Source: a bacterium (GTDB lineage Bacteria; Patescibacteriota; Patescibacteriia; Veblenbacterales; UBA10138). Taken from it: a stretch of DNA of 64,000 nucleotides. Location: positions 8,165 to 72,164 of the forward strand of contig JAGVEX010000019.1 of assembly GCA_020057885.1 (NCBI GenBank). Reading direction: 5' to 3'. This document shows positions 1-8,213 of the stretch, piece after piece (the stretch's first letter is position 1; every line of letters begins with the position of its first letter). The notes under the pieces are model-generated. The model was given only the letters and a program-made list of their open reading frames with translations. It had not been told where the DNA came from and did no database searches. The translations under genes and the position numbers were made by a program.

Positions 1-646
1 CTGATAAAACCCACGAAGTTGAACCGGAATCAGAAGCTGAACCTGCGACATAAGGAAATCCGCCGTCGCTATTTTGCGTTTGATGCAAATATTGTAAGGC
101 GGCGGTAATTGATGAATCGCTCGCACTTAGGCCAACCTCTTGCAAAGCCATTAAAACCGCGACCGTGTCATTTGTATCGGCACCAGCACCCACGGCATAG
201 CCCCAGCCGCCATCGGTTTCTTGGTGAGCCAAAAGATAATCTTTGGCACCCATTACCACCGTGTCGGTTTGAGGCACGCCTGCCGCGCGCAAGGCTAAAA
301 TTCCCCACGCGTCATCATTTAATAAATTGGTATCGCCAATTTGCCCGCCTTGGGCTAAATCTTTTAAGCCTTGCACTAAATCAGTGCCGGCAAAAGTGCG
401 TGGATTTTCGCCCACGGCCACTATGGCTAAAATTCTTTTGGCGTAATCCGTAGCTAGTGGACCGCTAAAAGTTTTTAAGTAATCTTTGTTCACACTGCTC
501 TCACCGCCAGCGACCAACGCCATGGTTATCCATTCATTTGGCGTTTGTGATTTTAAATAAGTAACAGCGCTGGAAGTACCGGCTTGCAAAGCCAAGGACG
601 GCACAACAAGCGCGAGGGTGAGTAGGAAGATGAAAATTTTCCGCAT
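1..646 (-). CDS. Secreted prenyltransferase/squalene-cyclase-repeat (alpha/alpha barrel) protein, probable B12-binding surface protein; runs off the window edge
   Basis: Absent from the ORF track; translated by hand from ATG at 646: signal peptide MRKIFIFLLTLALVVPSLALQA, then QW-like repeats YLLAHQETDGGWGY and YLHQTQNSDGGFPY; open to base 1; directly downstream of a cobalamin riboswitch. Confidence 0.8.
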   Translation of the reverse strand, partial: MRKIFIFLLTLALVVPSLALQAGTSSAVTYLKSQTPNEWITMALVAGGESSVNKDYLKTFSGPLATDYAKRILAIVAVGENPRTFAGTDLVQGLKDLAQGGQIGDTNLLNDDAWGILALRAAGVPQTDTVVMGAKDYLLAHQETDGGWGYAVGAGADTNDTVAVLMALQEVGLSASDSSITAALQYLHQTQNSDGGFPYVAGSASDSGSTSWVLS

Positions 647-701
647 AAGAATAAATTAAATAATAATTAGAATAATGAATTAAGAATTATGAATGGCGAA
701 T

Positions 702-729
702 AAAAATCCCCGCTTTCGTAAGCGGGGAT
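702..729 (-). terminator. Intrinsic terminator, probable riboswitch expression platform
   Basis: Minus strand ATCCCCGCTT-ACGA-AAGCGGGGAT followed by TTTT, about 55 nt upstream of the ATG at 646. Confidence 0.7.
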
Positions 730-903
730 GGTACAAAAAGCACGGTTAGGGCTTATTTGAACCACCATGAACCACGCAGGGTTCATGGTGTCTGTACCCA
801 ATGCGGTACAGACACCTCCTTTCTCGCGAAGGAAGATTGATAAGGAATACTCCCTAAACTACATAGGGTTTAGGGTTCCACATCCGCTAAAGCGAATGTG
901 GAA

Positions 904-1071
904 AACAATTCAGTAATCGGGCTTGTCAACTTAGAGAGATCAATCTGCTGGTTTTTATGTCCAGCTGGACATAAAAACCCAATTAACAATGATACTCTAA
1001 ATCGAAATACCGTAGCGGGACTGCGCCGGACTCTCCATCCTCGATGGACCACCGGACTTCCCTGAAATGTT
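904..1071 (-). ncRNA. Cobalamin riboswitch aptamer (atypical)
   Basis: Minus strand CAGGGAAGTCCGGTG...GAGTCCGGCGCAGTCCCGCTACGGTA...AAGCCCGATTAC; closed by AACATTTCAG/CTGAATTGTT stem; downstream hairpin with GCGAGA loop (~817-835) could kiss the UCCCGC loop; B12 gene context. Confidence 0.8.
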
Positions 1072-1166
1072 GGATAAAATTTGAAAAAACCTTACAAATC
1101 TTTTAAAAAATATTAGTTTTACTTTTCAGATCCTACAAACATGATTTTTAATAATTCTAATTGCCA

Positions 1167-2183
1167 TCATTGCAAAATATTATACCTTGCACCAAAAGAA
1201 ATTTTTCTACAGTCCTCACATAATCCTTCATCTCTAAATAAACTTACAGGGTCATAATAATAAGGTTTCATACATTTTTTGCATTTACCATTAGCGATAT
1301 GATATGCTAAATTTCCAACAACAAAAGGACTCATAAAAGCACTTGCTCCTAGAGAATTTGCACCTAATACAACTTGCCCTGAAGTAGAGCTCAAGGCGCC
1401 ACTTACAGATAATCCCTCATTAGGAACATTTTTTAAGACTAAAGAATTAAAGGTGGATTCTGAAATATTTAATTGCCTTTCCTCTTTAATAATTTTCTTT
1501 GTTGCTACCTGTTTTTTAGTAAAATCATTTATGAACTCACCAAAAATAGTAAATAACTTAATTGTTTTTGCATACTTATTAGTAAATTCTTTTTCTAAAA
1601 ATTCATTTACCTTTTTATTGTTTACTTCACTGGCAAAATCACCATCTCCAGAAATTACTATTAAGTCGTCATCTGTATAACGAGCCAAGATTGTTTCCCA
1701 TATAATGGCGTCACCAAATGAATTGTTGTCTTTACGAGGAGGATTCCTTCTTAAAGTACGATAATAAGCTTTTTGAATCACTTCCTCTGTCTCATCTGTT
1801 TTTTCAGCTAGGACAAATAATTGTTTCAGTTTCTGATTTATTTTACTCTGAGGGTTTAAAATTCGTTTATTGTATTCAGCGAGAACTTCCTTACGAATAG
1901 TTTGTATTTTCCTTAACACTTCCTTTAAATCACGAACCCTCCTATAGGATTGCAAAAAAGTCGGTATACTAATATCTTCTATTGATAGCGACTCAAGTTT
2001 TTTTGTATATTCTTTGGAAACATACATTTTGTCTCTAAAAAACTCGTCTTGAATTTGTTTGGGGAGTATTAATTGCGCCTTTTTTTCTTTAATAATTTTA
2101 ATTAAAGAATCTAAAGATACCAAAGATTGGTCACTTAGTCGATAAAAATTCAAGTATATATTAGTATCAATAAGAACTCTCAT
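1167..2183 (-). CDS. PIN-domain (DUF4935-like) nuclease with C-terminal Cys cluster
   Basis: N-terminal VLIDTNIY, GDAIIWE and ISGDGDF PIN motifs; C-terminal CKKC..CEDC; noticeably AT-richer than neighbours. Confidence 0.75.
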   Translation of the reverse strand: MRVLIDTNIYLNFYRLSDQSLVSLDSLIKIIKEKKAQLILPKQIQDEFFRDKMYVSKEYTKKLESLSIEDISIPTFLQSYRRVRDLKEVLRKIQTIRKEVLAEYNKRILNPQSKINQKLKQLFVLAEKTDETEEVIQKAYYRTLRRNPPRKDNNSFGDAIIWETILARYTDDDLIVISGDGDFASEVNNKKVNEFLEKEFTNKYAKTIKLFTIFGEFINDFTKKQVATKKIIKEERQLNISESTFNSLVLKNVPNEGLSVSGALSSTSGQVVLGANSLGASAFMSPFVVGNLAYHIANGKCKKCMKPYYYDPVSLFRDEGLCEDCRKISFGARYNILQ

Positions 2184-2201
2184 AAAAATACATTAAAAAA
2201 A

Positions 2202-2735
2202 TTAATTGCTTTTATGTTCAAAACTATAAATTGAAATGCTTTCCCTTAATGAATGAGCAATTAATAAGTATGCTCCAAATAACACACCAGTGAAAACCAA
2301 ATCCCCTAACATCGTATTTCTAAAAAATGGTAGAGCTAATGTGTAGCAAAGTTGAAGTCCGGCCCAAGTTTTAGGATACCAATCAGCTGTAGCCCATACA
2401 GCAAAGTTTGTGGTGATAAAGAAAAATGTTGACGAAGCCAATGAAGCCAGTAGTAAACGATGTGGTTGCATTTCGCGTAGCCAAGTACCAACAAAAGTCA
2501 TTAACGCAAAACTCGCATACACTGTTAACATCACCGGCAGATGGTAAAAACCGATAATAAAATCCCCGAGCAACATTCCTACAACCGGCACTACAAAAGC
2601 CCACTGGCGCGGCAAAATTGCGCCCGCGAGTAAAGCAACGGCCGCGACAGGCGCTACGTTCCAAACGTGGGGTACAAGGCGGCTAACAACCACTAAAATA
2701 ATTAACAATATACTTATGATTAAATTTTTCTTCAT
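2202..2735 (-). CDS. DUF6580 family ECF S-component-like membrane transporter (putative cobalamin uptake)
   Basis: About 5-6 TM segments; SRLVPHVWNVAPVAAVAL, FFITTNFAVW, YPKTWAGL, ALPFFRNTMLGD motifs; B12 context. Confidence 0.75.
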   Translation of the reverse strand: MKKNLIISILLIILVVVSRLVPHVWNVAPVAAVALLAGAILPRQWAFVVPVVGMLLGDFIIGFYHLPVMLTVYASFALMTFVGTWLREMQPHRLLLASLASSTFFFITTNFAVWATADWYPKTWAGLQLCYTLALPFFRNTMLGDLVFTGVLFGAYLLIAHSLRESISIYSFEHKSN

Positions 2736-2753
2736 ACTGGTAAATTCTGCATT

Positions 2754-2792
2754 TAAATCCTAAATCCTAATATCTAAATCCTAAATAAATCC
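2754..2792. repeat. Tandem heptamer repeat (TAAATCC)n
   Basis: taaatcc taaatcc taatatc taaatcc taaa taaatcc in the intergenic gap. Confidence 0.7.
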
Positions 2793-2797
2793 AAATT

Positions 2798-3250
2798 TTA
2801 AAATTGCGAAGCACGAAAGGTCCACAATATTGTTTCTCCTCCCTTAAGTTCAAACTTATCCGCGGCCACCATTGGCTGTACGCCATTCACCCAATACTGC
2901 CAATACTTATTGTTTTGTCCGTTTATTTTATCGCCAATTTGTTTCACAAATGCGCCCATAGACGAACTAGCATCGAAATCCAGTTTTAAATTGTTTTGCG
3001 TAGTTACTACTTTTAAAAGTTCCAAAGCATTGGCAGGCTGAGGTAAGGCTAATTTTTCATAACCTGTTATTTTATCGCCGTTATCTATTACTACTACTGC
3101 CGGCAAAGTAACGGGCTTAGCAGTGGAAAATTGAGAGACTGATTCGTTATAAATCTGCGGGCCGGAACCAAGGCTCAACCCAAACAAAAAAATCCCAAAA
3201 GCCGCTACTACGGCCATGCCTACATAAACGATTTTCTGTTTTAAAGACAT
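2798..3250 (-). CDS. Membrane-anchored DUF4430 (transcobalamin C-terminal-like) domain protein
   Basis: N-terminal TM; GAFVKQIGDKINGQNNKYWQYWVNGVQPMVAADKFELKGGETILW signature. Confidence 0.85.
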   Translation of the reverse strand: MSLKQKIVYVGMAVVAAFGIFLFGLSLGSGPQIYNESVSQFSTAKPVTLPAVVVIDNGDKITGYEKLALPQPANALELLKVVTTQNNLKLDFDASSSMGAFVKQIGDKINGQNNKYWQYWVNGVQPMVAADKFELKGGETILWTFRASQF

Positions 3251-3271
3251 ATAATTTGCTATAATATTAAC

Positions 3272-3820
3272 GTGAATATTTATACTAAAACTGGAGATAA
3301 AGGCGAAAGCAGTCTTTATGGCGGAGAACGCCGCACTAAGGACGATCTTAGATTTGAGGCCTACGGCACGGTGGATGAGCTAAACGCTACTTTAGGTTTG
3401 GCTCTGGCGCAAGAGGGCGCGGCTGATTATCTTAAACGCTTGCTGGAAATTCAACAGGAATTATTCACTATCGGCTCCGAGCTCGCTTGCCCGCCAGACA
3501 AAAATGTTTCTGAGCTTAAACTAGTAGATGAATTCGAAGTAAAATCTTTAGAGGATGATATGGATAAACTAGGAACCGAGCTCCAGCCTTTACAAAATTT
3601 TATTTTACCGGGTGGCAGTAGCTTAAGCACTCATTTGCATTTGGCCCGCACTGTTTGCCGACGCGCCGAACGCGCGGCAGTGCGCTTGAATAAAATTGAA
3701 CCAGTGCGGCCAGTGTTATTGCAATTCCTTAACCGCTTAAGCGATTACCTGTTTGTAGTGGCACGACATGCTAATCAAACATTAGGTAAAAACGAACTTA
3801 TTTGGCCGGGACGCAACTAA
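3272..3820 (+). CDS. pduO: PduO-type ATP:cob(I)alamin adenosyltransferase
   Basis: IYTKTGDKGES, YGTVDELN, FILPGG, ARTVCRRAER, LNRLSDYLF motifs. Confidence 0.95.
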   Translation: MNIYTKTGDKGESSLYGGERRTKDDLRFEAYGTVDELNATLGLALAQEGAADYLKRLLEIQQELFTIGSELACPPDKNVSELKLVDEFEVKSLEDDMDKLGTELQPLQNFILPGGSSLSTHLHLARTVCRRAERAAVRLNKIEPVRPVLLQFLNRLSDYLFVVARHANQTLGKNELIWPGRN

Positions 3821-3845
3821 AAATTAAGCATCATTTTTTATTTTT

Positions 3846-3879
3846 ACCACACTCTCGCGGGCGAGCGAGAGTGGTTTTT
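3846..3879. terminator. Terminator between convergent pduO and nrdJ
   Basis: CACTCTCGC-GGGCGA-GCGAGAGTG hairpin followed by T tract. Confidence 0.6.
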
Positions 3880-3885
3880 AGTTTT

Positions 3886-6183
3886 TTACTTTAATTCACA
3901 CGCTCCAGAAACGCAGGCCAGCTCTTTGGAACCTTCGGTTTGATCTTCGTACTCATAAGTCACTATTTTGGAAAAATCAATCTCCGGGAACTGGCTAGCC
4001 ATCTCCTCATATTTTTCTTTAGTAATTTCTTCATAAGGCGCTAATTGATAAACATGTTCATCGCGCGGCAAAAAGGAAAGCCCACCCACCAAATCCCAAC
4101 TTTCATAAACCCAACTGCCTACTTTAAGCCATTCGTCGCCGCCGACTGAAATGGTAACGGAAGGATTGTGCTCGGTATATTTGGTTTTAAGCATTTTCCA
4201 GTGTGCCAAAAGATCCATGGCGGAAACATCACGCCGCACAATAGCGCCCGTGGGCGACTTAATAGGGAATTCCAGCACAAAAGTATTGGCGGTAGTTTCA
4301 GTTTGGCCTACTTCGGGATGATAAGTTACACCCATATCTTTAAGCATCATAAACAAAGGATTGTGTTTTTCAATACGGACGCGGCGAATATAGTAAGGCG
4401 CGTGCCTGGGGTGCATACCTGAAGATGAATCAAACAACTGTGATCCATTGCCCGAAGGTTTAACGCAAGTGATAGCCGTGGCTGGATTAATGCCAAAACG
4501 TTTGGCATATTCTTTGTTAACCTCAATAGCCAACTCACGCATCTTGTTAAGTGTTTCCGGATTACGCACCGCCGGACAATCCCACTGCCCGGTAATAGAA
4601 ACTCCCAAAAGCGCTTCTTGCTCACAATGGTCTTTCCACTCCGGCGAAAGATAGGGAAAGTTTGTTAAGCTGGCCTGATAAGTACCGAGGATAGTAGCAA
4701 TGCGAACTTTTTTAAGCAGGGTGGCTTCGGTATCTTCGGCGCGGGCCACTACTTCTGATAAATTACAAAATTGTTTTGACTTTAAAATTATTTCGCCGCA
4801 CGGATTTACGCCGCAAGTTTGATAATCCGGCTGGAACAAAGGCCAGCGACGAGCGGGAAGTTGCTTTTCCAAACTGCCGCGGTTATAAATACCACGCTCA
4901 CCCGAACCGGACTTTACTAAATTAAACCACTCGTCCATAAATTGAGTAAGCGGTGGTTTGGCGTTATACACCGCGGAATTGTTGGCCATACTGCGCTCGG
5001 GATGCGTTAAGTAAAATTGACCATTTTTAGCTTCACGCATTTCTTGATCATCTATATCAGAAATTGATATTAAAGCGGAACGCCTTACTCCTCCCATTAC
5101 TACCACTTCGCCAATTTTACAAACAATATCGTGCACATCAATAGTGGTTAAGTGTCGCCCCTGGCGTGAAAGAAGCTTAGCGCGCGTAAAATCTAGTAAC
5201 GCCTTTAAAGGACCTGGGCCTGAGGCGCGGCCTCCCATAGTTTTTAACCGAGAACCTTGCGGACGGATTTGCGAATAATCAAAATCAATATCTTTACCGG
5301 TGGCCCAAGTATTAAGTCCGAGTGCCAAAGCATCGCTCCAGCCTTCTTTGCTATCTTTTACTATGTGAGTAAAAAGTTTAACATTGCTTTGGCGTTTAAT
5401 AATAGGGAGCATTTCCACGGTCTGCCGCTCCACCGAAAAACCAGCGCCGGTGCCGCACATTAAAATGTACATAATTTCCGCAAAATCCTGCCAGCAGGTA
5501 GGCGCTACAAAAGAACAATTATAAGCGCAAACATTGGTAGCGCGAGCGGCTTGGCCAGCCCCCCACAACAAACGCATAGAACCAAGCGCTTCCATTTTTA
5601 ACATTGATTCTTTGATTTCGGTATATTCACCCTCGGTTAATTTGGTACCCAAAATTTCACGCATAAAATCAAGGTAGCGTAAAACTGTTTCTACCCAAGT
5701 TTCGCGACGCTGTGCATTGGGCAACCATTTAGAATAAGTGCTGTAATAAACAAACTCAGCAAGCTGGTTGCGAAAATATTTTTTACTCTCTTGGGCGAGC
5801 TGGCGAACTTCGGTGGGAATTTCGCGGCGAACTTTTCTTAGTTTAGCGTGCTCTTCACGATAAAGAATATAAACTTTAGCAGTTTTAAACCATTTAGAAC
5901 GCATTAACACAAGTTCCACAATATCCTGCACCTGCTCTACGGTGGGAGTAATATGACCATCGTACAAAGCTTCTAACTCCTCTGCTACTTTAAAAGCCAA
6001 ACGCGCCGCTTCGTCACGTTTGAATTCTTTTGTTTCGAGACCAGCTTTGGTTATAGCCTCCACAATTTTCTTAGGATCAAAATCAACCAACCGACCATCA
6101 CGCTTAATAATATGACTTAATTTTTTATCTTTCGCTCCACTACTAACAGTGGTGGTGGAACTAGCGTGACTTGGATTAGGCAT
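3886..6183 (-). CDS. nrdJ: Class II (adenosylcobalamin-dependent) ribonucleotide reductase with N-terminal ATP cone
   Basis: IIKRDG ATP cone; AYNCSF, GGVRRSA, GVNPCGEI, ITCVKPSG motifs; C-terminal ACVSGAC. Confidence 0.9.
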   Translation of the reverse strand: MPNPSHASSTTTVSSGAKDKKLSHIIKRDGRLVDFDPKKIVEAITKAGLETKEFKRDEAARLAFKVAEELEALYDGHITPTVEQVQDIVELVLMRSKWFKTAKVYILYREEHAKLRKVRREIPTEVRQLAQESKKYFRNQLAEFVYYSTYSKWLPNAQRRETWVETVLRYLDFMREILGTKLTEGEYTEIKESMLKMEALGSMRLLWGAGQAARATNVCAYNCSFVAPTCWQDFAEIMYILMCGTGAGFSVERQTVEMLPIIKRQSNVKLFTHIVKDSKEGWSDALALGLNTWATGKDIDFDYSQIRPQGSRLKTMGGRASGPGPLKALLDFTRAKLLSRQGRHLTTIDVHDIVCKIGEVVVMGGVRRSALISISDIDDQEMREAKNGQFYLTHPERSMANNSAVYNAKPPLTQFMDEWFNLVKSGSGERGIYNRGSLEKQLPARRWPLFQPDYQTCGVNPCGEIILKSKQFCNLSEVVARAEDTEATLLKKVRIATILGTYQASLTNFPYLSPEWKDHCEQEALLGVSITGQWDCPAVRNPETLNKMRELAIEVNKEYAKRFGINPATAITCVKPSGNGSQLFDSSSGMHPRHAPYYIRRVRIEKHNPLFMMLKDMGVTYHPEVGQTETTANTFVLEFPIKSPTGAIVRRDVSAMDLLAHWKMLKTKYTEHNPSVTISVGGDEWLKVGSWVYESWDLVGGLSFLPRDEHVYQLAPYEEITKEKYEEMASQFPEIDFSKIVTYEYEDQTEGSKELACVSGACELK

Positions 6184-6253
6184 AAATATTTTTTGGTTAA
6201 TTGATTTTAAGTTTTATCTATCTGCTCATAAGGGCAGTGAATTATCTTTACAC

Positions 6254-6718
6254 TTACCGGCTAGTTGGTACACGACGCAAACCTTTAAGTTCGCGCGTGA
6301 AACTTTCCACGTCTTGAAAGGAACGGTAGACACTGGCAAAACGAATGTAGGCCACCTGATCAAAATTTTTAAGACGCTTCATTACAATTTCGCCAATTTC
6401 ACGCGAGGTAAGTTCTAGTTTACGTTTTTTTTGAATATCGCGCTCAATTTTTTGCACTAAACCCTTAAAAGCCTCAGCCGTATGTGGACGTTTTTCTAAA
6501 GAATGCTTTAGACCAGCCACTAACTTATCTTTACTGTAAGGCTCGTGCCGACCATCGCGCTTAACAACCGTCAGATCCAAAATTTCACTTTCTTCTACGG
6601 TAGAAAAACGAAAATTGCATTTAGTGCATTCACGGCGGCGGCGGATGCTAAAACCATCAGTGGAAACACGTGAATCTGATACTTTAGTGTCGCAATAATT
6701 GCACAAAGGACAGTGCAT
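6254..6718 (-). CDS. nrdR: Transcriptional repressor NrdR
   Basis: CPLC..DSR..RRRRECxxC..RFST Zn ribbon; ATP cone; AYIRFASVY. Confidence 0.97.
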   Translation of the reverse strand: MHCPLCNYCDTKVSDSRVSTDGFSIRRRRECTKCNFRFSTVEESEILDLTVVKRDGRHEPYSKDKLVAGLKHSLEKRPHTAEAFKGLVQKIERDIQKKRKLELTSREIGEIVMKRLKNFDQVAYIRFASVYRSFQDVESFTRELKGLRRVPTSR

Positions 6719-6734
6719 AGTTTTTTAGCACCAA

Positions 6735-6789
6735 CCACTATATGTAGTAGTACTATGATAAATTGTACCTCTATATATGGGGTTGTCAA
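6735..6789 (-). promoter_or_regulatory. Sigma70 promoter of nrdR-nrdJ overlapped by two NrdR boxes
   Basis: Boxes ccaCtAtATgTaGtag (6735-6750) and cctCtAtATaTgGggt (6768-6783), 33 bp apart; minus strand TTGACA (6789-6784)-16 nt-TACAAT (6767-6762). Confidence 0.8.
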
Positions 6790-6853
6790 AAATTGAACAA
6801 ACCCTTATTTTGCAGGCATTTACCGTGCTCTAGGTTGCCAGTAAGACAATGGT

Positions 6854-6862
6854 TGTGGATAA
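6854..6862. promoter_or_regulatory. Consensus DnaA box upstream of the nrdR promoter
   Basis: TGTGGATAA, the reverse complement of TTATCCACA. Confidence 0.5.
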
Positions 6863-6981
6863 CATTAGCTTGAATATTAAAATGGGCAAGTGGGTATTAA
6901 ATCTACAACTAAAAAAGCCCCAGAATTAACTGGGACTTTAAATATTTACTTATTTAAGTGTCGTAAAATAATGAAGCTTTG

Positions 6982-8163
6982 CTATTTCCCTAATTTGCGT
7001 CTAATAAAAGCCGGGATATCAAAAGCATCGTCTGCTTCCTTGGGTTTTTCTTTGGGGGTGGCCACTGTTGGCTTAGCATTTGCTCCTATGGTACGCTCGT
7101 GAAAAGTACTTCCCTCCTCGCGCTTGGGGGCGGGCACCCGCTCTTGTTTTAAAAAGGCGGGAGCGGTGTAGCTTGCCTGCGGCACAGGATTGACGGGATT
7201 TTTTTTAGTTGGAGTTTGAGCAAAACCAGTAGCGATTACTGTTACTTTAAGCTGATCTTTCATGGCCTCGTCTATAACAGCGCCAAAAATAATTTTGGCG
7301 TTAGGATCGGCCGAAGCGGTAATAATACGAGCCGCTTCGTTAACTTCGTACATCGTAAGATCTGGGCTACCAGTAATAGTAAAAAGGATTCCTTTGGCGC
7401 CATCGATACCAACTTCCAAAAGCGGTGAATCAACCGCCGCTTTAGCGGCATCAACTGCCCTGTTTTCACCAGACGCTACACCAATACCCATCAGAGCTGA
7501 ACCGGTGTTGGACATAATAGTTTTAACGTCGGCAAAATCCACGTTGATTAATCCAGGCACAGTAACTAATTCAGAAATTCCTTGCACACCTTGGTGTAAA
7601 ACTTCATCAACTATCGAAAAAGCTTCGAGTAAAGAAGTTTTTTTATCTATTAATTGCAAAAGCCTATCATTATGAATACTGATGATAGTATCTACTTTAT
7701 CAACCAACTCGTCATAACCGCGCTCCGACACCTCACGACGCTGGGCGCCCTCAAAACTAAAAGGTTTAGTAACAACCGCAATCGTCAACGCACCAGCCTC
7801 GCGCGCTAATTCGGCAATCAAAGGTGAGGCGCCGGTGCCGGTGCCGCCACCCAAACCGCAAGTTAAGAAAACCATATCAGCACCCTTAAGCGCTTCTTTA
7901 ATTTCATCACGGTTTTCTTCGGCTGCCTTACGGCCTAAATCGGGATCCATACCAGCACCTAAGCCACGCGTAGTACCTGTACCAATATGAAGTTTTAAAG
8001 GGGCGCGCGAATGATGCAAAGCTTGCGCGTCGGTATTAATCGCCAAAAATTCTACTCCTCTAATTTTAGAGGAAACCATACGATTAATAGCGGCGCCACC
8101 AGAACCACCCACACCCACGACTTTTATTTTGGCAAAAGTTTCTATGTCAGGCTTGACTTCCAT
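6982..8163 (-). CDS. ftsZ: Cell division protein FtsZ
   Basis: GGGTGTG tubulin motif, INVDFADV, C-terminal DIPAFIRR. Confidence 0.98.
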   Translation of the reverse strand: MEVKPDIETFAKIKVVGVGGSGGAAINRMVSSKIRGVEFLAINTDAQALHHSRAPLKLHIGTGTTRGLGAGMDPDLGRKAAEENRDEIKEALKGADMVFLTCGLGGGTGTGASPLIAELAREAGALTIAVVTKPFSFEGAQRREVSERGYDELVDKVDTIISIHNDRLLQLIDKKTSLLEAFSIVDEVLHQGVQGISELVTVPGLINVDFADVKTIMSNTGSALMGIGVASGENRAVDAAKAAVDSPLLEVGIDGAKGILFTITGSPDLTMYEVNEAARIITASADPNAKIIFGAVIDEAMKDQLKVTVIATGFAQTPTKKNPVNPVPQASYTAPAFLKQERVPAPKREEGSTFHERTIGANAKPTVATPKEKPKEADDAFDIPAFIRRKLGK

Positions 8164-8213
8164 AACAATTTATTGGTTAAAGAATTAAAATTTAAAAAAA
8201 TTATAAATAACAA

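Noticed and set aside
109-453. Plus-strand 114-aa ORF
   Set aside because: Antisense shadow of the real minus-strand gene 1-646.
870-1052. 60-aa ORF
   Set aside because: Lies within the riboswitch aptamer; no coding features.
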